Source of the DNA: Vitrella brassicaformis CCMP3155
Taxonomy: Eukaryota > Protista > Chromerida
Reading direction: 5' to 3'
Assembly (NCBI GenBank): GCA_001179505.1
Contig: CDMY01000677.1
Span: 1-64,000 of the forward strand
DNA: 64,000 nt
The notes below the pieces were generated by a model. The model saw only the letters and a list, made by a program, of their open reading frames with translations, searched no databases and was not told where the DNA came from. Below, piece after piece: positions 1-11,249 of the stretch. The number at the start of each line of letters is the position of its first letter. Position 1 is the first letter of the stretch. The position numbers and the translations under genes are program-made.

Positions 1-596
1 TTGATGCGTGTGGTGTGGCTGTGATGGATGGGATGCTCACTCACCATGGCTGCTGGCCAGGCTGCTGGACTTGGGCCTCGACATAGCACCACTCTCTGCC
101 TGTGTTCCCCTCGGGCGTGGCCGTCGTCGTGCAGTCAGTGAAAATCTGACCCGACCGGACAAACGTCGCGGCGCACAAACGACCTGCACAAGTAAGCGCA
201 TCACACACAGATGGATGGATGGATGGAGTGATGTGTGTGTCTCGTTTGCTCATTTTTCTGACCGTCGATGGTCTTCCTGTGCTGCTGTCTGAACTGTGTC
301 AGCGCCTGAAGCGGCTCACGGTCATAACCTACACCCACACGACACATTAACACACAACACCATTGATGAGACACACACAAATGAGTGAATGCATGTGTGT
401 TTGCTAATCAGACACACTCACCCAGATCGACAGAGGCAGGAGTGGCCGGCTCTTGCTTGTTGACTGTCTGCCTGAACCTGTGTGCCTCTTCAGCTGTGTC
501 GCTGCCGAAAAGCCATCCTGTGATCGATGAGCCAGACGGCGTCACAAGAACGAGACTCACAAGCAAGGCAATCAACAGACGCATGTTTGACAGCAT
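1..596 (-). CDS. 5' part of a spliced hypothetical secreted protein; runs off the left edge
   Basis: ORF 408..596 begins MLSNMRLLIALLVSLVLVTPSGS (signal-peptide-like). A GT donor lies near 420, followed by (CA)n-rich introns and short putative exons near 285-335 and 115-190. Confidence 0.55.
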
Positions 597-1004
597 GTTT
601 GCTCTTTGTCGCTGTCACAGTCAGTGAGCGACTGCTCTGGCTGGCAAAGCAGAGTCAGTCAGTCTGTGTGTCTCAGTCAGACGTTAAATCGATGTCTGTC
701 AGCGTTAGCGTCCAAAGAATATACACATTCACACACACGCTCGTAGACATGTATGTACGTATGTACATGATGATGAAGGATCACAAGCAAAATCATCAGC
801 CGCACATCCATCCACAAAGGCAAACAAAGACCAGCTCTACACTCACGCACGCGCCGGGCGGCAAAAACTCGCGCCGTTTCCCCGGTCTCCCCGACGCACA
901 CACATGCATTCAACAAGCATCGATTCAGCTGGGAAAAGATTCATCTCCGTCCTTCATTCACCGAACAGAAAGAGAGAAGAGATGTGTCCACCTGTATCCT
1001 TCAT

Positions 1005-2959
1005 TCACTCTGTCGGCGCCGGCTCAACATCCAGCTGACACACACAGAAAGCGCCGGTACAGATGGATGTGCGTCAGGCCTTCTGCGTACCTCAACTAAC
1101 TGAAGGAACAAAAAGGCCGTCACCGTCGCGAGACTCAGCGAGATCGCGGTGCAAAACTCCTTCGACCACTCCGCCAGCACGACCTCACCTGCCACACGAT
1201 TCGCAACACGGCAGATGAACACTTGCCCTGGTCATCTCATCTCCTCACCTGGGTTGAACTTGTCTTCGGTGTCGCCTCTGGACTTTGTCTGTCGTCTGAT
1301 CCACCACGGAATGCCGATCGACAGCAAAATCTCGAGGAAGAGCTCGATGGCGGCCGCTACGACGATGCGGTTGAAGTAATCTGCCGGCATTTCGTAGACA
1401 AAATTGTTCGGCTGGAAGCGCAGTCCTATGCCGATGGCCGCTATCGCTATGATGGCCTGACACACACACGCAGTACAGCACAGCATCAGCAACCACCCAT
1501 GTGTGTATTGAGTTTTCCTTTCTCAGCGCACCAGCATGTCGTTTGATTGCTGAAGGACGAACTTCATGGCCACACACTTGAGCGGCAGGCCCATGGACTC
1601 CTCCAGCTTGAGGCTCATCCGCTGCCACAGCCACGCAAACACCCGTGCGAAAAAGCCGGGCTTCTTCGTCTCAGCAGCTGCTTTCGACGCCTCATCGCGA
1701 CTGACGCTGTCTTGCCCCCCATTCTGCGCCTCGGACACCGATGCGGTCCCACTGTTCACATCGATCGCGACCTCTCCGTCGGCCTCGCCCCCATCCGATG
1801 AAGTTGTGGTTCTTCTCTCACTCGTTGCGGCGTCTTCGTGCGAGTCGCGGTGTCCCTCGTCGCTGGTTACTCCTGTCGAGCGACTCGCGCGGCGAAGCAC
1901 CTCCTGCACTCCAAGCGGCACGGCCTTCTGGGCCAGCTTGGACTCGAGCACCTTGTCCATGACTTGTTGCAGCGACAAGATCAGCAGCGGAAAGACAATG
2001 AGTTTGTACACCACCTTGACCAGGAGGATGAGTATGATCTCCAGCCACGATTCCACCATGAAGAAGACGAACCGATAAGGAACTGAGGCAAAAATGATCG
2101 ACTGGAACGACATGATCGTCCCCAGTTTGTCCGTGTCGCCCTGCACGCGGGCCTCGAGCTTGCCCTCCAGCGCTTTGATCATCCCGATGCCCACTGGATA
2201 AACCACACAGAGGGAGGGAATTGCAAATCGAATTCCCTGCACCATGCCGAACGTCCACGCGAACATCAAAGAGTAGGCCAGCTGCATGTAGGGCACTGTC
2301 ACGCACAATGACCGAGGGGCAATCTGGCCGACGGGGACCGGTGGCAGCGGGATCAGGCCTTGCAGGGCACCTAACACATTCCCGAGAAGGAATAAGAGGA
2401 TGCACATGCCCAGCAGCTTCATGCCGTCGGTCCGGGCGGTGAAGGGCACGACAACGGGCAACACCACCGCAGGCAGCACCACCCCGATGATCCACAAAAG
2501 ATAGCTGGCTCTCCGCTCAGGCGGCACGTAGCGGAGGGTCACCAGCGTCGTCAGCCCGAACACGATGCCCAGCAGGGGCAGCTTCACACACACCAGCCAC
2601 CAGAAGTCATGAGTCGGGAGCCACACGAACACAGTCGATAACGCGGCCATCGGCAGCACAATCCACACGCCATACCAAACGACTTGCAGCCTCGACAGAC
2701 GATGGCCGCTCTCCGAATCCATGCCATAGAGCACCTCGGTCTTGTTCGTCGAGATCTCGTGGTTCCTCGCATGGCTTTTCGCTGGCACTGCTGGTGCTGC
2801 TCTTGCATCTGCTGAAGGGCTGCCCTCCATCTTCTCCGGCTCCATTCCGCGTCGGCAGTGGGAGGCTGCGAGCTTAGCTGCAAGTCCCTTTGTTCCCCCC
2901 CCTCTGCCACAAAGGAGCATCAAAGCCTGGACCTTCGTACGACAACTCTTCCAGCTCAT
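1005..2959 (-). CDS. Multi-pass membrane protein of unknown function
   Basis: 478-aa ORF 1523..2959 has many hydrophobic helices. It splices to further hydrophobic exons at about 1457-1249 and 1227-1090, and to a terminal exon cag|CTG GAT GTT GAG CCG GCG CCG ACA GAG TGA ending at 1005. The start may be the internal Met (MEPEK). Confidence 0.75.
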
Positions 2960-3154
2960 CGAGAACGAAAAGGAGCGAGAAGGGAGACTCAGTCGATCGG
3001 CCTCTCCCTTCGGCCCCCTTCCCTCCCTCCGCCCTCGTCTGCAACGGAAGCCTTAAGGTGGTTTGCTCAGCGCAGTGCTATCGTCCTGGAAGGCCGTGTG
3101 GCGCCCCTCCATTGGACTACCTCTGCCGCGTTGAGGTAGTCGGTTTGTCTGTCC

Positions 3155-6100
3155 ATGGGCTGTGGCTCATCGGTGCCCACTGCCGTGACTGTTGAAGACA
3201 CTGACAACGTTCCAGGACCGCCTGCTCTCAGGCCCTCAGGCCCCACACAACCAGACGCCACACCGAAGCCTTCACAGCAGCCTGACGCCACTCCCAAGCC
3301 GTCCGAGCAGCCGCAGGTGTCCAACGACGTTCCCATTGTAGGAGCCTCTGCGCCAGAAGAGCCCCCCGCCGCAGAAGAACCCGCAGAGGAAGCCCCACAA
3401 GCCGAGGAGACCGCCCCGCCGGCAGAAGAGGAAGAGCGACCACAGGCAGCTGAAGAAGAAGCCCTGCCTGCTCCCGAGGAAGTACCTCCACCCGTCAAGC
3501 AAGAGGAAGAGGAAACGGCCCCCGTGCAGCCCAGCCCCGCTCCTGCTCCTGCGCCGCGACTCATCATGGGCAACATCCCGAGTGATTTGATCATCAAGTA
3601 CATCGACCACGAGAAGTATGGCGAGAAGATGCGCAAGCTTCTCGCTGCCAAGGAGTTGTACCGCGACAACCGCATGGCCAAGCACTTCGACCTGCAGTAC
3701 TTCGAAAGTTTGGATGAGGACATGCAGAGGGGCTTGTTGCATCTGTGCAACAGCGGCATCGAGAACCCCGACTCATCCATGGGCTGCTACGCCATGCAGG
3801 TACGGGACCACACCACACCACACAGAGAGGGACGGGGGCCATGTCTGTATGGGTCTCAATCCATGTGTGTCGTTGTGTGTGTAGCCTGCGGATTACGATC
3901 GGTATAAGCCATTCTTCAGCAAGGTGATTTGCGACTACCACAAGGTGGACGCGTCGGCCACTCAGACCAACGAGTGGTCGTTGGAGGGCGTTGAGGGCAT
4001 CCCTGATGGCGGCAAGCTCGACCTGTCGCTGCTGGGGCTGCCGGCGCTGTCGATGCGGGTGCGTGTGGGCCGCAACCTTGCCGACTTCCCTCTGCCGGGC
4101 GCCATGACCAAGGAGGACCGGCTCAACATGGAGACCAAGATGTGCGAGGCGTTCGCCAAACTCATCGGCATGCCCGAGTACGGCGGACGGTATAACTCCC
4201 TGACCCCAGGACACAAAGACAACATCACGTGAGCAGCACACAGAGGGGAGGGAGGAGGGGCGATGCTCACCTGTCTGTGTGTGTGTGCCATCCATGTGTT
4301 TAGTGACGAAGAGTACAAGCAGTTGGTTGCTGACCACATCATGTTCAAGGACATGGCCAACGATCCCTACCTGGCCAGCGCCGGCATCGCCAGCGACTGG
4401 CCCTTCGGCCGCGGCGGCTACGTCAGCGAAGACAGAGGTTTCATCATCTGGGTCAGCCGGCCAAACCCAACCACACACCCAGCCACACAGCCACGTGTGC
4501 TGCCCATGTGGTTTGTGCGTCAGGTTGGTGAGGAGGATCACCTGCGCATCATGTGCATGAAGAAGGGCACCGTCCTCAACGAAGTGTTCGACCGCCTCAA
4601 GGCCGCCCTGGACGTCGTCGAGAGCATCGAGGGCCTCCAGTTCGCCAAGTCGCCCGACTACGGCTACGTCACCAGCTGCCCAACCAACCTCGGCACAGGA
4701 ATGAGGGCGTCAGTCCACATACAGATTCCCAATCTGACGCGTGACGGCACCGAAGCGAAGGCGAAAAGCGTTTGCAAGCCGCTGGGCCTCTCTGTGCGCG
4801 GCATGGGTGGCGAGCACACTGCAAGTGAGCTGCCCACACACACACACTCCTCTGCGGCATGTCTGATCGGTCATGACCTGCCTTTTGTGTGTTTCAGTCG
4901 GTGCTGACGGTACGGTTGACATTTCCCCATCAGGGCGTTTCCACATCAAGGAGGCCGAGATCATCGTTGCGCTATACAAGGGCATCAAGCTGCTGAAAGA
5001 GGTGAGGACAGACCTGCCTCTGTCTCCGAGGACTCAACGAGCCGTGTCATGATGGTATTTCTCGCTCTCTCTCTCTCTGTGTGTGATAGGAGGAGGACAA
5101 GGCGGCAAAGGAGAGCCCCGCCGCGGCCCCCGCTGCCAAGGCGGGAGACGACGACACCAAGCTGGTCCTCAAGTACTACGGCCACCCAACATACGGTGAC
5201 AAGATCAAACGCCTCCTGGCCGCAAAGGAGCTGTACACGGGCAACAGAATGGCCAAGCACTTCGACCTGCAGTACTTCGATAGCCTCGACGACGCCGGCA
5301 AGAAGGGTTTGTTGCATCTGTGCAACAGCGGCATCGAGAACCCCGACTCATCCATGGGCTGCTACGCCATGCAGGTATGGGACCACACCACACCACACAG
5401 AGAGGGACGGGGGCCATGTCTGTATGGGTCTCAATCCATGTGTGTCATTGTGTGTAGCCTGCGGATTACGATCGGTATAAGCCATTCTTCAGCAAGGTGA
5501 TTTGCGACTACCACAAGGTGGACGCGTCGGCCACTCAGACCAACGAGTGGTCGTTGGAGGGCGTTGAGGGCATCCCTGATGGCGGCAAGCTCGACCTGTC
5601 GCTGCTGGGGCTGCCGGAGCTGTCGATGCGGGTGCGTGTGGGCCGCAACCTGGCCGACTTCCCTCTGCCGGGCGCCATGACCAAGGAGGACCGGCTCAAC
5701 ATGGAGACCAAGATGTGCGAGGCGTTCGCCAAACTCATCGGCATGCCCGAGTACGGCGGACGGTATAACTCCCTGACCCCAGGACACAAAGACAACATCA
5801 CGTGAGCAGCACACAGAGGGGAGGGAGGAGGGGCGATGCTCACCTGTCTGTGTGCCATCCATGTGTTTAGTGACGAAGAGTACAAGCAGTTGGTTGCTGA
5901 CCACATCATGTTCAAGGACATGGCCAACGATCCCTACCTGGCCAGCGCCGGCATCGCCAGCGACTGGCCCTTCGGCCGCGGCTGCTACGTCAGCGAAGAC
6001 AGAGGTTTCATCATCTGGGTCAGCCGGCCAAACCCAACCACACACACACAGCCACACATGGAGAGCCTTGGATACTTGTGCTGCCCTTGTGGTTTGTGCG

Positions 6101-6605
6101 TCAGGTCGGTGAGGAGGATCACCTGCGCATCATGTGCATGAAGAAGGGCACCGTCCTCAACGAAGTGTTCGACCGCCTCAAGGCCGCCCTGGACGTCGTC
6201 GAGAGCATCGAGGGCCTCCAGTTCGCCAAGTCGCCCGACTACGGCTACGTCACCAGCTGCCCAACCAACCTCGGCACAGGAATGAGAGCCTCAGTCCACA
6301 TACAGATTCCGAAGCTCACTGCCGATGGGACGGAGGCAAAGGCCAAGGACGTCTGCAAACCCCTCGGCCTGTCGGTCCGCGGCATGGGTGGCGAGCACAC
6401 TGCAAGTGAGCTGAGCTGCCCCCACACACACATTCCTATGCTGCATGTCTGATCGGTCATGACCTGCCTTTTGTGTGTTTCAGTTGGTGCTGACGGCATG
6501 GTCGACATTTCGCCGTCGGGGCGTTTCCACATCAAGGAGGCCGAGATCATCGTAGCGCTGTACAAGGGCATCACACTGCTCAAGGAGAAGGAGGACGCGC
6601 TCTAG
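3155..6605 (+). CDS. Two-domain ATP:guanido phosphotransferase (phosphagen kinase, arginine-kinase-like) with N-terminal MGCGSS acylation motif and Pro/Glu/Ala-rich linker
   Basis: Both halves carry NSGIENPDSSMGCYAM, RVRVGRN, WVGEEDHLRI (across an intron), GYVTSCPTNLGTGMRASVH and RGMGGEH. A spliced linker EEDKAAKESPAAAPAAKAGDDD starts at 5090. Stop is TAG at 6603-6605. Confidence 0.95.
3738..6585 (+). repeat. Internal tandem duplication of the phosphagen-kinase domain (about 3738-5000 vs about 5308-6585, offset about 1573)
   Basis: ORFs 3924..4232 and 5497..5805 are near-identical, and the intervening introns are also near-identical. Confidence 0.95.
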
Positions 6606-7106
6606 GCAGCACAAGCACCACAGCTTCTTTCTGTCTGAAAGCGAAGTGCGATAACCGTTGGTTGTATGGCCTGGCTGTCTGCCTGCCCGTGTATAGCCCG
6701 CTTTTTCCGTGCGGCTGGCTGTGCAGTGAATGGCTGGCTGGATGCGTTTCCATTGCGTTAAATTGCATCGTTGTGTTGTGATTTGTTCGTCTCGCTCGCT
6801 AACACTTGGCTCACTTGGTTGGTTGCTTGGTTGGTTGGCTGGTTGCTGGCGTGGTCTTCTGTCAATGGACGCAGCGACACGCCTTTGCTCACACACACAC
6901 GCATGTGGCACGGCATGGCATGGCATGGTTGAGGGGAAGGGGTCGTGACAATCATAGTCTTTTCACATAGAACACGCATTGGTTCGGCAGACAGACATAC
7001 GCACACGAATGGCAGGGACTCGCCACTGTTGGGGCGGACAGACAGACAGAGAGACTCTCTTGCGTGAGGGGCCGAATGACTGGGTGAGTGGGGTCTTGAC
7101 TCATAC

Positions 7107-10100
7107 TCAATAGCAGTGGAAGAGTGTGGCGATGCGTGACTCGAATCGCTGCAGCGGGCTGGCCGCATCCTGCCACACAAACAATGTCACACATGCAGAA
7201 AGATCAAACAGCACAAACAAGAGGCTGGCTTACGTCGGTGCCGGCGAGTGAGAAGCTGCCAAGGCCCGCAACACCATCTGAGCCACCACCTGACGACCAC
7301 ACGGAGAAGCGGTTCCCTTTAAACCGCATATGAGAAGGGCCGTGGTCTGAGTGTCCGCCTCACCCACCTGCATTGTTCTTGACGGATCGGCTGTTCTCCA
7401 GGAACATGAGGGCGATTGCGATGTCCACAGCCTTGAGTGACCGCACCGGGCGACGCACCAACTGCACCCATCCATCCATCCATCCACCAACAGACAAATA
7501 TCGTTCTTATGCGCGCCTCGCCGCCCACGTCTGTCGGCCCACCTTTGTCGTGGCCGCAGCGAGTTTGATGATCGTCCGCATCTCCAAACTGACATATACA
7601 GGCGTCTTCAATGGAGATGGCTACCCGTGTTGTCATGTCTCCCTCCATCCCTCCCTCCTTCCTTTATTGACTGACCTGGTGAGGGCCTGATGGTGTAGCT
7701 GCAGTGCGCCTTGATAGTCTCGCAGCAGGGAGTGGGACGGCTCAGAGAGACTGAACGCCGAGGGACCGGTGGAGACGTCGACGGGGATGGGGATGGGTGG
7801 TGCGGTCCGTCTGACCCTGCCCTGCCGCCCCTGCTGCTGCTTGTTGGGGCGACGCTCAAACACCTCACCGACAGTCTGCACATTGGGGAAGCAATGAAAC
7901 TTGTTCGGGAGAGGTAATGACATTTTTGGTGTGTATGTACCTTGCGTCTGGCGTCACCGAGTGCGGCGTTGTTGCCGCCGTCCACCTCCATCAAGCCCCA
8001 GAAGTTGATGACCTTAGCCACTGCATGTTTCCAAATGTAGAAAAGGCTTCACACATCATGATTTGTCGTACGTGCGCATGAGTCTGCGATTCGTTCATCC
8101 TCCTCGCCATCCTCCTGCTTGACGTGAATGGCCAGAGAGGTGGGCTCCTGCACACACACAACAACATGACACCACAGGGACGATGACCTCACACAGAGGT
8201 CACCATCGCATCGAAGAGGCCGGTGAGGTCGATGACTGAGTCGAAGTAGGGCAGGAGGGGCTTGATGGTCGACATGGGCGACCTGTCAGTGATCGAGACA
8301 CAGCCAGATGCAGCATGGCGAGTCTCCCCCTCTTTGCAGCGCGATCGATACTTGGATGCTTTCTTCGGGCCAGTGACATAGAATGCCCAGAGCGTGACAT
8401 TGGCGCGGTGGTAGCCTGCCTTGGCCAGCTTGACACGGCCATGCGACAAAACCTCCGTGAAAACCTCTCGCTGCTTGGCCGTCAGCTGACCGGCCACACA
8501 CACGCACAGAGACACACATGTGCAGTCGCAATCGGTGTGGCGGCTTCCCTCACTTCATCATCCGATAGATTGAAAATGGCGATGCGATAGAGGAGCAGTG
8601 TGGTGGGGTCGTGGTGCTTGGCGTCGAACACGAAACAGTGGGGCAGACACTGGGCAGCCCCCAGCAGCAGCTTACGCAACATGACGTCATCATCTGATCG
8701 ATCAACCACACACGACGAGATGCATGTGTGCATGTCTTGCGGTCATGTGCTGCACCGACTGACTGACCTCCAGTGAATAGGCAGTGGATGGGCTGGTAGG
8801 GGAGATCGTTGGCGAACATGTCTGCCGACACAACAAAGATAGTGAGCGATGGGAATGTGCCATTCCTCTTGTCCCTCACCCGCAGTGCCCAGCCGAGAGA
8901 CGGTCGCGCTCGTGACGTCCGTCACTGAGACACATTCACAATCCGTGATAAACGGCTGCACAGGGGTGTTCATGTCTCCCTCACTTGACATTCTGTCGTC
9001 CATCCTGCCCGCTGCCATGACCTGGCCCTCCTCATCCTCAGCGATGTGGTGCTCCCAACGAGACCCGCCTGACACACACGCACCGACAAAAGAGACACAT
9101 GGACGTCCGACTTGGTTCTCGACACACAAACGGCTGCGTACCTGTCTCGAAGGCGAAGTTGCCCGACCAGAACGAGTACAGCTGGGGGTCGAGTGGTAGA
9201 AAGTTCTCATACGCCAACGCAGCACTGCATGCAGAGGAGCATCAATCTCATGTTGGTATATATGTGGGTGTCCTTTTACGAGAGCAGCAGCACGACGCGA
9301 GGGATGCCACAGGAGTCAGTCGGCAGATGGTCTGGCAAGCAACGCGAAAGGGAAGAACATTTGTGAAACCAGCCGCTGTTGCGTGTGCGTCGCCTCGTAC
9401 CCTTGGCCAGCATCTGCGCTCTCTCCAAAAGTGCCGTCCAGTCAGAGAAATCGTCTTGCGAAAACTGCATCTCTCGGTAGGAGTCGCCCCCGCCATGGCC
9501 CGCCGCCGCCGCCGCCGGAGCAGCAGCAGCCATTGGCAGACACTCGTAGAATCGCACATCACCAGATGGACGGCTCGGTGTGCCGTCACCCAACAAAGCC
9601 TGACACAAATCGAGAGTGAGCATCACTTTCGATGTGTCATCCTTCCTTTGTCATGTGTCGTCATGCATACCGATGGTTCATTTGGCGGCGAGACATCGAG
9701 TGCCCACACGCGGACCTTGCCGTTCGTGCTGCCGAGAGAGGGCGGCAGCGGGACAACCTGCAAGGGAGAACGAGATGCTTCACATAAACACAAAGGCGGC
9801 TGTTCTGTGAGTGAGGAACCTTGAAGTCAGCACGGCTGCCGAGTGGATACTTCTGCAGGAACGTCTCTGCCTGCAGCCAATCGCACCCATGAATGAATGA
9901 GCTCGTGTGCATGTCGGCGTATCTTTCTGTATGTACCAGTTTCCCCTCCACAGTCACGGTCAGTGGCGTGCGGCTGAAGCCGTTACTGTCTTGCGATACG
10001 GAGATCAGCACCTCGCGATAGGCTGACAGGGAAGCAGCGTCCAAACCATTGGTGGATGGATGGATGCATCAGAGTCTGTCACTCAGGTCCTTTGCGTTGC

Positions 10101-11208
10101 AGGTTTACTTGTGTAGGTGCGTCTGTTTGTGAGCTCCTGGTACTCCTTCTTGCACGTCACACACTTGTACACCTCAGACCTACACACACAAGACACCATT
10201 TGGCTTGGTTTTCGGTGCGTCTTTTTCGCGCCCACTTTGGTTTGATAGGTGTGCCGAACCGCGACACACGCAGTAAAACGTCAGTGTCGCCCATGTCGAT
10301 CATGCCGTCCCCATCCTTGACACACATGCACTGCGGAGAGAACACCTGAACCAAACTGAAGGCCGGACAGAGAGAGAGGGGTCATGGATGGGTGTGCGTC
10401 GTGTGTTGTGTATGCTGTGGTTGGGTGACCTTCTGTGCTGGAGTGGTGAGCAGCTGATGACCACGCCGTCATCGATGCGGATCAGGCTGCCTGTCTGAGC
10501 ATACAGGGACGACGTCGAGAACGAACTCACCCTGCAAATGACGTTGAAACACACACACAGAGATAACACACATCTGCTGCATTTCTGTGGTTTGAAAGTT
10601 TCGTACGGTGCGCGGATGTAAGTGCATGATGAGAAGTAGATGATGACCAGCTCCTTCGATGGCGGCACATACTTGTCCTGCACGAACCACAGAACCGTGC
10701 ACAGACACAGATGCCTTCCGGTCCTTGCCCACCTTGTCGTCGTCCGTCATGTCGGTGCCGGTGTCGTCGTCGAGGCCCAGGTAGGCGGCGCTCTGGTCGA
10801 GGTTGGACAGCAGACGCCAGATGACGTGCTTCAATAACTCGTAGAACATCGTAAAGCGCTGCACCACCAACACACCCAACTCTGGTGCAGCGTCCAACCT
10901 GCTCCAATCCACACGACACAACACAAACGACGCAGATGGATGCAGCCATTCTTTTCCTCTCTCTTTATTCCTTACATGTGGAGCACATCGAGCTCTTCCA
11001 GATCAACCTGAATGAGCGGCAGGGCCTGTTGGTCGCGCGCCATCCGAGATTTTGTGGCGAGGAAGGCCCGTTTGATCTCGGCAGCGGCGCCATGCTCTTG
11101 ACTCAGGACCCAGTCCAACAGGAGAACCTCCAGGCGATCCCTCTCGCTGGCGGAACCATCGCCTCCCATCGACATGATGTCACCATCCGACGAGGTGCGG
11201 CGTCCCAA
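7107..11208 (-). CDS. Large multi-exon hypothetical protein (about 15 exons), no family recognised
   Basis: Consistent GT-AG chain traced by eye for the 3' exons (EPTSLAIHVKQED, LAKVINFWG, FHCFPNVQ, PSPLKTP, LVRRPVRS, GNRFSVW, DAASPLQRFESRIATLFHCY* with TGA at 7107). Protein-like upstream exon ORFs extend to 11208. Confidence 0.7.
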
Positions 11209-11249
11209 AAGAAGGTGCTCCGCCCGGCAACCTGCCCTTCACGGAGAGT

